DNA of 61,604 nucleotides, counting the filler, from an uncultured bacterium (lineage in GTDB: Bacteria > CAYJOG01): assembly GCA_964371695.1 (NCBI GenBank). It is 8 parts of 8 records of this genome, joined end to end, with 100 filler letters (N's around TTAATTAATTAA, not from the genome) between each part and the next. Parts side by side here need not be neighbours in the genome. Positions count along the whole stretch, not along the records: positions 7,760 to 15,418 come from CAYJOG010000119.1; positions 15,519 to 23,163 come from CAYJOG010000120.1; 6 more parts are not named here. One strand, 5' to 3'. Numbering within the stretch: the first letter of the stretch is position 1; each line of letters starts with the position of its first letter. The notes under the pieces were generated by a model. That model did not search any database. It saw nothing but the letters and a program-made list of their open reading frames with translations, and was not told the DNA's origin. This document shows, piece after piece, positions 10,424 through 17,883 of the stretch. The position numbers were made by a program, and so were the translations under genes.

Positions 10424-13258
10424 TCAGAACCGCTCTACGCCCGAATCCAGCATGAAGATAAAAGGCTGGTTCACCCGCTCGGCGTTGGTGGTTTCGGGCA
10501 GGGCCAGGGGCAGGCTGGACTGGACTTTTTCCTGGCGGATTTCTTCGAGTTGTTCGGCGGAAAGGGCGTAATCGCTGGTGGCCGGGCGCAGGGGCTGGGC
10601 CGGGGCCATCACCAGCGCGTGCACCGGATAACGGGATTTTTCATATTTTTTGGCCAGATCAAACGCTGCGCCCTTGGCCAGATGCCGGGCCAGTTCCACC
10701 GTATAAACATGGCGGCTGCCCACCCATTCGCGGGTTACGCGGGCTTCGATGCCCTGATAATCCTTGAAATATTCGGCGATGTCCTCGGCGTAATCCCGGC
10801 TGATGAAATGTCCCGCCGTGAGGCGATAAAGCGCCCCGCCCGCCGTGCCCGCCAGCATCAGGGGCAACTGGGCCAGCACGTCCATGGGGCGGTAATCCAC
10901 CGGGTCGGCCTGCAACAGGCGGTAGATCATCACGATGCCCTGGGCGCGGGTGACAAAATCCTGTCCCGTGGGGTTTTGGCCAGAGAGGGCGTCCAGCAGT
11001 CCCTTGCGGGTGCGCTCGGTGATGGGCTGGGCCGCCAGGGTGAGAATCAGGCGGTTGAGGGATTCCTCCAGGCCAGGGGTTTTCACGGGTGAGCGGGCCA
11101 CAAAGGCGGCCACGTCGTCTTCGCTGATCTGGATGCCCAGCGACTTGAGCATGGCCTTGGCGGCCTGCAGGCGCGAAATGGTGTGTGTTCCGTCGGCCAG
11201 TGTGAGCAGGAAGGTGGCGTCCATGCCGCCCTGGCCATACACCGCCACCAGCTTGTTCAGGCCGTCTTTGTAATCCAGTCCCTTGTCTTCAAAAAAGCCG
11301 GGGGAAAGGTCTACCAGCGAGCCGAGCAGCTTCACCGGCTTCATGTCCATGTCCGGCTCGCCGCCGCCTTTTTTGACCTGCAGCACGAGGTCGTAATCTC
11401 CGGCGGGCAGGTGAAAGGAATCCAGAAAATCCCGTTCCAGCGACAGGGTGTATTCGCCTTTTTCTTCAAACTTCTGGTCCAGCAGAAAAATGCCTTCTTC
11501 GCTTGCCTGGGGCACCAGAAAAACTTCCACCGTGCTGCCTGCGGCCACTTCCATTTTCAGCGAGATGGGCGCGAGGAAACGTTTGTAAATCTGGGCCAGC
11601 ACCAGCAGCTCATAAAACCGGCGCTCGTCCATGGGCCGGTCGGGATAAAGAAACGGCCCCGGCAGGTTGCTGAGCAGGCCCGCCGCCTTCATGAAGTCGA
11701 TGTCCTTTTCGGCCCAGTGGCCGGTGAGGTCTTCAAAGGGGGCGGAATCGTCGGTATTGACGAGCAGGGTGTCGTTGAGCAGTTTGTAAGAAAGCAGGAG
11801 TTTTTCTTTGGTGGGTCCTTCTTTTTCTTTTTTCTCAACCGGCACGCGGGTGATGTTGCTCTCCTGGCTCAGATAGGGTTGGCCTGCGGTGTCTTCATAA
11901 CCCGCCTCCGAGAAAAACTCCAGCGCGTCGAGAGAGAAATCTTCATGCACCGCCAGTTTGAGGTTCAGTTCGCCGTAACTGCCCTGGGGCAGGGTGTCCA
12001 GCTCCCACAGCAACTTGTGGCCCAGGTCGGTGAAGCGCACTTTTTCGGTGTCCAGGCCAATGGCCTTTTGGGAGAGGAAATCGGTGCCCTCTGGCCGGTT
12101 GGTGAACAGTTGCACGTGGCGGGCCTCGGTTTTGCCCAGGTTTTCAAACACCACGGTCAGTTCCAGTGTGTCGCCAGCCTTGGTCTTGTCTGGCCCCCAG
12201 GTGCGCACCGACACAAAGGGGGCCAGTTGGTTGGCGATGGGCGAGCCGGTTTCGTCGCTGATGTAGGCCACCCGCTGGCCGCCAGTTTCGGTCACGTTCA
12301 GCGCCACGCGGATGGGTTCGGGCTTGAAGGGCGGCGCCTGGGCCTGAGCCACGGTGGCAGGGGCTGCCTCTGTTTTGACGGTGGATTTACCCTCAAAGGC
12401 GGTGGCCACGTCCAGCCGGTGAAAGGTGCCCAGGGTGTCGTCTTTGAGCACGGCGGCGTAGTTCAGCGAAAGCCCCCGCTGGGTTTTGTAGCCCACGCCA
12501 AAGGTCAGGGCCTGATCAGGGCTGTGCGTGAAGACGTTTTTGTTCTGATAGCCCCCCAGCAGGCTGATGCGTTCGCTTAGGCGATATTCGCCCCCCAGGG
12601 TGTATTGGGCGAAGCTGTCGCCCGCTCGCTGAAAGTTTTTGGTGAGGCCGCCCTTGAGCGACCACTTCGCCCCCAGGGGCCGCCACGCCACACCGGCGGT
12701 GAACAGGGCCGGGGCCTCTACCCCTGCTGCGCCAGTGGTGGCCAGCAGGTTGCGAAAACCAACCCCGTAACTGAAACCGTCGTCGTTCACCAGCAGCGAG
12801 GTGATGTCCAGGCCATAACCGTTGCGGTCGCTGCCGGGGGTGGATTCCCCCAGCATGTGCAGACGCACTCCCACGGGATAACGCCCCGCCACGGGTTTGG
12901 CATAACCCACGCCAAAATCAGAGGTGGAGAATTTGTCGCCCAGGCTCAGGGATTGATACCCCACCGACCAACCCGACTGGGGCAGGGCATAAAAAAACGA
13001 GAAATTATTCCCCTCGCCGCTTTTGCCCAGGGACATCATGAGGCTTTTCTTTTTCAGCCCCAGCACGGCGGCGGGGTTCAGCACCGCCCCCTCCGGGTCC
13101 AGTTCTGCCAGCGTGGGGCCGCCAGCACCCAGCAACCGGGCGGGGCCCAGCAGCGGCAACAGGGTAAAGGCGTCGTCAAAGGCCGCCCGCACCGGCGTGA
13201 AACACCCCAGCGCCAGCAGGCCAGTGAGGCCGCACAAAACCCTTCGCTTCGAAAGCAC
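10424..13258 (-). CDS. Exported multidomain envelope protein: PorV/PorQ-like outer-membrane beta-barrel, DUF11-like Ig domain, SLH-like domain, C-terminal SPOR-like segment
   Basis: Signal peptide (VRA|A). Barrel region starts GPARLLGAGG...LNPAAV and has alternating strands (VGYAK, YGVGFRNL, GGEYRL, FGVGYK, LNYAAV, FHRLDVATAF). GDTLELTVVFENLG is DUF11-like; PFEDLTGHWAEKDIDFMKAAGLL...YPDRPM is SLH-like; YRLTAGHFISRDYAEDIA is SPOR-like. Confidence 0.6.
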   Translation of the reverse strand: MLSKRRVLCGLTGLLALGCFTPVRAAFDDAFTLLPLLGPARLLGAGGPTLAELDPEGAVLNPAAVLGLKKKSLMMSLGKSGEGNNFSFFYALPQSGWSVGYQSLSLGDKFSTSDFGVGYAKPVAGRYPVGVRLHMLGESTPGSDRNGYGLDITSLLVNDDGFSYGVGFRNLLATTGAAGVEAPALFTAGVAWRPLGAKWSLKGGLTKNFQRAGDSFAQYTLGGEYRLSERISLLGGYQNKNVFTHSPDQALTFGVGYKTQRGLSLNYAAVLKDDTLGTFHRLDVATAFEGKSTVKTEAAPATVAQAQAPPFKPEPIRVALNVTETGGQRVAYISDETGSPIANQLAPFVSVRTWGPDKTKAGDTLELTVVFENLGKTEARHVQLFTNRPEGTDFLSQKAIGLDTEKVRFTDLGHKLLWELDTLPQGSYGELNLKLAVHEDFSLDALEFFSEAGYEDTAGQPYLSQESNITRVPVEKKEKEGPTKEKLLLSYKLLNDTLLVNTDDSAPFEDLTGHWAEKDIDFMKAAGLLSNLPGPFLYPDRPMDERRFYELLVLAQIYKRFLAPISLKMEVAAGSTVEVFLVPQASEEGIFLLDQKFEEKGEYTLSLERDFLDSFHLPAGDYDLVLQVKKGGGEPDMDMKPVKLLGSLVDLSPGFFEDKGLDYKDGLNKLVAVYGQGGMDATFLLTLADGTHTISRLQAAKAMLKSLGIQISEDDVAAFVARSPVKTPGLEESLNRLILTLAAQPITERTRKGLLDALSGQNPTGQDFVTRAQGIVMIYRLLQADPVDYRPMDVLAQLPLMLAGTAGGALYRLTAGHFISRDYAEDIAEYFKDYQGIEARVTREWVGSRHVYTVELARHLAKGAAFDLAKKYEKSRYPVHALVMAPAQPLRPATSDYALSAEQLEEIRQEKVQSSLPLALPETTNAERVNQPFIFMLDSGVERF

Positions 13259-13365
13259 GAAACAATTTTACACATCCGGCTGGCGCAGAAAGCAAAAAAG
13301 CCCCCATGTTCTTCTTGTGGCGGCTGCCACCAGCAAAAACTCATCGACACGGCATAATGCGGCCC

Positions 13366-15297
13366 ATGCAAAAACCATGGCGCGCGGACATGTTTCCTTT
13401 TCTGTTGCTGGCTGTGTTGTGCCTGCTGGGTTCTGCTCACCCGGCGCGGGCCGATGCTTTTGCGGATCTGCAATACGCCGTCATTTATGGCACACCGGAG
13501 CGGATTCTGGCGGCGCTCTCGGCGGGCGCGCCCATCAATGGCCGGGACTACAACAACGAAACCGCCCTGGTCAACGCCATTCAGGCCGGGCATGTGGAAA
13601 ACGCCCGTGTGTTGCTGGAAAAGGGGGCGGACAAGGCGGTGACCTCCGCCATCGGCGAACCCCTCATGCACCTGTCGCCCACGGGCAACGCCCCCATGGT
13701 TCAGTTGTTGCTGGATTATGGCCTGGACCCCAACAGCCGCTTCGGCACCTACAACGAAACCCTTTTGTTCAAGGTGGTCATGGCAGAGCACCGGTTTGTT
13801 TCGGCCTCGATTGACGTGTTGCTGAAGGGTGGGGCAGACCTGGAAGCCCGCCGCGACAACGGCAACACGCCGCTGATGGAGGCCATGAAGTTTGGCTCAG
13901 TGGAAACGCTGGACCATCTGGTTGCCAAAGGCGCTGATCTGAAGGTGAGAAACCATGGGGGCCAAAGCCTGATTTTTTTCGCGGTGGACAGGGGCCTGGC
14001 GTCTCACGTGGCGTGGGCGCTGAAACATGGCGGGGATGTGAAAGACAGGGACAAAGATGGCAAAACACTGGTCCATCAGGCGGTGTTCACTTATGACAGC
14101 GGCATGTTGAAGGATTCCATGTTGAGGTGGGTCATCGACAAAAAGGTGAACCTGAACACACCGAACAACAGCGGCGTCACGCCCCTGATGATGGCGGTGT
14201 ATGCCGACTATCTCGACAAGGTGAACCTGCTGCTGGAGAACGGCGCGCTGGTAAAGGCGGTGGACAAAGAGGGAAAAACCGCCATGCACCGGGCGCTGGA
14301 CAAGGGGAGCGCGATGATGGCGATGGCGCTGCTGCGCAAGGGGGCCGCCCCGGCCAGCCAGTCGAAATACAGCGAATCCGCCATGCTCATCGCCGCCCGC
14401 AACAAGGCCATGACCTCACTGGATCTAACCGAACTGGCCAAGCTGGGTGTGCCGGTGAATCTTCCCGACCAGAAAGGCAACACACCCCTGATTGAAGTCA
14501 TCCGGCGTGGCGCGTGGGAGGCGCCGCCGCTGGTCACGACGCTGCTGGGCCTGGGGGTAAACGTCAATGCGGTGAACAAGGAGGGCCAGTCGCCTCTCAC
14601 GCTGGCCCTGATGAGTACCTTGCCCCTGTCGTCTGATCCTAAAAGACCACTCTTTGACGCGATGTTGCTGGAACTGCTGGACAAGGGAGCCAACCCGAAC
14701 ACGGCTGCGCCCGACAGCAACACGCCCCTGCTTTACGCCATTGACAAGGAATTGCCGGGTGTGTTGAAGAAACTGCTGGAAAAAGGCGCGTTGGTGACCC
14801 AGGCCAACAAGGAGGGCATGACACCTTTGCACCTGGCGGCGGGCAAGTGTGTGTCAGGCTCGGTGGCGCTGTTGCTGGCGCACAATGCGCCGCTGGACGT
14901 GGTGGACAGCGGCGGCGGCACGCCCCTGTGGCTGGCTGTGCGGCAAAAACAGGCGGCCTGCGTAAAGATGCTCAAAGGCTCGCCCCTGGAAACGCCCAAC
15001 AAAGAAGGCTTCACGCCGCTGATGGCGGCGGTTTTTCAGGCCGATCAACCCACGGTGGTGGCGTTGATTGACATGGGGGCGTCGCTTGTCACCAAAAACA
15101 GCCGGGGCGAAAACGTGTTGCACGCCGCAGCAGCGGGGGGAGACGCCCAAATCGTCAAATACCTGATAGAAAAAGGAGCGCCGCTCAACGAAAAAACCAC
15201 CGAGGGCAAAACGCCACTGGATATCGCCAATGTCTGGAAAAAAGCCATGGCGGCCCAGGCCATTGAAGAGGCCGGGGGTGTGGCCGGTTCGCCATGA
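13366..15297 (+). CDS. Secreted ankyrin-repeat protein (roughly 15 or more repeats)
   Basis: Repeated G.TPL..A...LL..GA..N motifs; signal peptide MFPFLLLAVLCLLGSAHPARA (alternative ATG at 13390). Confidence 0.92.
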   Translation: MQKPWRADMFPFLLLAVLCLLGSAHPARADAFADLQYAVIYGTPERILAALSAGAPINGRDYNNETALVNAIQAGHVENARVLLEKGADKAVTSAIGEPLMHLSPTGNAPMVQLLLDYGLDPNSRFGTYNETLLFKVVMAEHRFVSASIDVLLKGGADLEARRDNGNTPLMEAMKFGSVETLDHLVAKGADLKVRNHGGQSLIFFAVDRGLASHVAWALKHGGDVKDRDKDGKTLVHQAVFTYDSGMLKDSMLRWVIDKKVNLNTPNNSGVTPLMMAVYADYLDKVNLLLENGALVKAVDKEGKTAMHRALDKGSAMMAMALLRKGAAPASQSKYSESAMLIAARNKAMTSLDLTELAKLGVPVNLPDQKGNTPLIEVIRRGAWEAPPLVTTLLGLGVNVNAVNKEGQSPLTLALMSTLPLSSDPKRPLFDAMLLELLDKGANPNTAAPDSNTPLLYAIDKELPGVLKKLLEKGALVTQANKEGMTPLHLAAGKCVSGSVALLLAHNAPLDVVDSGGGTPLWLAVRQKQAACVKMLKGSPLETPNKEGFTPLMAAVFQADQPTVVALIDMGASLVTKNSRGENVLHAAAAGGDAQIVKYLIEKGAPLNEKTTEGKTPLDIANVWKKAMAAQAIEEAGGVAGSP

Positions 15298-15335
15298 ACT
15301 GAAAACCTGGACTTTCGCAAACTTCGGGATTGCTT

Positions 15336-15391
15336 AGATCCCCTAACAAAACTGGTTTTGTTTGGGGATCTGCGGACCTGGATGGTCCGCA
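15336..15391. terminator. Two tandem hairpins downstream of the ankyrin gene (possible terminator or repeat element)
   Basis: AGATCCCC-T-AACAAAAC/GTTTTGTT-T-GGGGATCT stem at 15336-15371, then TGCGGACC/GGTCCGCA at 15371-15391. Confidence 0.45.
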
Positions 15392-15418
15392 TCCGAAACC
15401 CGGAGGATTAAAAACCTG

Positions 15419-15518
15419 NNNNNNNNNNNNNNNNNNNNNNNNNNNNNNNNNNNNNNNNNNNNTTAATTAATTAANNNNNNNNNNNNNNNNNNNNNNNNNN
15501 NNNNNNNNNNNNNNNNNN
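15419..15518. other. Artificial contig linker
   Basis: N44-TTAATTAATTAA-N44. Confidence 0.98.
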
Positions 15519-16349
15519 GTGCTGGAGAGCGCCCTGTTGCCCAGTGTGTTGTCTCTAAGCGCTTTGGGCGCCACGGACTATGCGTCGGGTTATTACACCC
15601 CCTATGGTGTGACATTTGATCTGGACGGGGCAGAGACTTATTTCAGCGGCACCAGTTGCACGGCCAGTTTCGACCCCAGGCCAGAAGACAGTTATCACTG
15701 CACGGGCACCGGGGCCGGCCAGGAATCGGGCTTGGCGGGTTATGTGGTGTCGTGGATCAGATATCAACCCCCGAGCGCGATTTCCACTTACTTCAGTGGC
15801 CTGATCTCTGGCAGTCAGGGGATTTACAACACCGGCACGGTGTCCATGTCCGATTCGGTGGATTATCTGGATGATTTCCTCTCACCCGCACTGGGCACGG
15901 CCAAATGGTTCCCGGCAGCCACCACCACCACCATCTCGTTTGATGCATGCACCAGCGACAGTTGTCCGGGTGGCCAAGGCGACGCGCAGGGCCGCACCTA
16001 TTGTGTGCTGGCGCGGGCAGTGGACTGGGCGGGCAACGTGCAGTCCCTCAGCAACTACCTTGGTTTGGGCGACCACTCCACGGCTCCCACCAACCTGACC
16101 GGCAACTTTGCGAGAACTGGCCCGGACTACAGCTGGCGTGAGCACTGCGTGACATTGGGTGCGCCGGGTGTGGTGGTGGACAACTTGGCCATCAGCGTGG
16201 ACGGTTTGTGGACGGCCGAGATTGACGACTGCGCCAGCGCGGGCAACAACTGTGCTTATTCCGTGGAGCGTATTGGCCCACGCCAGCGGGGCATCCTGGC
16301 CCAGAGCTGGTCGGTGTCGCGCTTCAAGGGCGGCTCACCAGGGTTCTGA
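15519..16349 (+). CDS. C-terminal fragment of a Cys-containing extracellular protein (5' truncated)
   Basis: Open from the contig start; S/T/G-rich, several Cys pairs, Ig/FN3-like strand YCVLARAVDWAGNVQ. Confidence 0.65.
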   Translation: MLESALLPSVLSLSALGATDYASGYYTPYGVTFDLDGAETYFSGTSCTASFDPRPEDSYHCTGTGAGQESGLAGYVVSWIRYQPPSAISTYFSGLISGSQGIYNTGTVSMSDSVDYLDDFLSPALGTAKWFPAATTTTISFDACTSDSCPGGQGDAQGRTYCVLARAVDWAGNVQSLSNYLGLGDHSTAPTNLTGNFARTGPDYSWREHCVTLGAPGVVVDNLAISVDGLWTAEIDDCASAGNNCAYSVERIGPRQRGILAQSWSVSRFKGGSPGF

Positions 16350-16533
16350 TATTTCAATCGGGATTGAAGTGAAGGGCAAGGCTGCGGGCTTTTACGGTTA
16401 TTCCAGCGGAAGCGGGAAACCGGCAAGACAAAGGCAAAAAACCATTTTCATTGTCTTTTGGTGGCGCGAGTTGTAGTTCATTTTGAATAAATTGATGCAC
16501 GCCAAAACTCTCTCTTCTCTCGTGCTTTGGCAT

Positions 16534-16780
16534 GGGAGAGGGTGGCGCGAAGCGCCGGGTAATGGGCGCGGGTGGTCTTTTGGGGCTGCGGCAGCATATT
16601 GATGCTGCCGGGCGCGCCCAGCGGCACGACGCAGTAGGGTGGGCGTCTCGCCTGCCTGAGCGCGAAGCGCGAAACAGCCGGGGTTCAAACAAGAAAACAA
16701 AAACCTTGTTCGGTTTTTTTGTTTTTCGATAAACCCCTCACCCCAACCCTCTCCCTCAAGGGGAGAGGGGGTGGCCTACC
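16534..16780. repeat. Cluster of REP-like palindromes
   Basis: GGGAGAGGGTGGCGCGAAGCGCCGGGT (near copy at ~52710), GTAGGGTGGGCGTCTCGCCTGCC, and CCCCTCACCCCAACCCTCTCCCTCAAGGGGAGAGGGG. Confidence 0.7.
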
Positions 16781-16824
16781 TTGAATCCGCTTCGGATTTG
16801 TGATCCAGCAATTCCGAAAATGCT

Positions 16825-17883
16825 CTAAAGAGTTGTTGAAGCGGTCTTGGGCGTGCTGTTGGGGGTGGCGGAGCGTTTTTCGTTCAGCACACCCAGCAGC
16901 CGCTGGCTGGTGACGGAGAGGCGGTCGTCCGCCGTGGGGGTGCGGGTGGTGGTGAGCGTCAGGTCCGCGATTTTGGCGGCTTCAGAAAGGCCCGGCTGGG
17001 TTTTGTACAAAAACGTGATTTGCACTGTATTGCCCTCTAGGGGATCACTGTTCTGCACCAGCATGTTGGCGCTGGCGCTCAGGGCTTGCAGGCTAAACCC
17101 AGAGGGCAGTTGCACCACCGCATGACCCGCCCCCACGGTGGCCTCGGAAGAAAGCGAGTTGCCAGAGTCGGTGCGGTCGCGGCGCAGGAGCAGGCGGCTG
17201 GTGTAAGTATTTGTATCGGTGGCCGAAACCTCCAACTTACCCATTACCAGACACCATTCCTGGCCGGTGAGGCAGTCTTTCGTGGTGGTTTGTTCACCGA
17301 GAATCAATTGGGTGGATGTTTGGGCAATGGTGGCTTGGTCGGGCACAGGGGGTCGGTTTTCGAGAAAGGCGTGGGCCACCTCTGTCAAAAGTTGCGACGT
17401 TTCACCAATACGCACTTGTTCTTCCATCGCTTCAATGTTCACATCTCCAAAGGATTGATCTCGAAGCGCCAGTTCAACCACCGTGCTTTCAAGATTTACA
17501 TTGCGGGTGATTTGTCTGGCTGGCTGGTCGCCGGGCACCACAAGGGCGCTGAGTTGACGGTTATTTTTTTTAACAACGATGCGGCCCTTCAGGCCCGCCC
17601 GCAGGGTTACGGCCAGGGTATAAGCCCCTTGGTCGTTTGTGGTGGTTTGCGCCCTGGGGGCGGCGTTGCCTTCTTCGTAGAAGGCGACGGTAGCGCTCTT
17701 CACCAATTCACTTTGTTCAGAGGCCCCACGGGCATTCAGCAAACTGGTGCGCACGCTGGCAACGCCCTGCAATTTGGTGCCCGGAATGGGGGGGGTGCTG
17801 AACCGGCCACCGCCGCAACCAGAAAAGCTGAACAGAATGACCAGGAAGCCGCAAAAGGTTGCAAAAAAGGATTGGCGGTTCAT
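16825..17883 (-). CDS. Lipoprotein of unknown function
   Basis: Lipobox FSGC followed by GGG; GAAGGAGG RBS; ATG overlaps the upstream stop (ATGA). Confidence 0.8.
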   Translation of the reverse strand: MNRQSFFATFCGFLVILFSFSGCGGGRFSTPPIPGTKLQGVASVRTSLLNARGASEQSELVKSATVAFYEEGNAAPRAQTTTNDQGAYTLAVTLRAGLKGRIVVKKNNRQLSALVVPGDQPARQITRNVNLESTVVELALRDQSFGDVNIEAMEEQVRIGETSQLLTEVAHAFLENRPPVPDQATIAQTSTQLILGEQTTTKDCLTGQEWCLVMGKLEVSATDTNTYTSRLLLRRDRTDSGNSLSSEATVGAGHAVVQLPSGFSLQALSASANMLVQNSDPLEGNTVQITFLYKTQPGLSEAAKIADLTLTTTRTPTADDRLSVTSQRLLGVLNEKRSATPNSTPKTASTTL

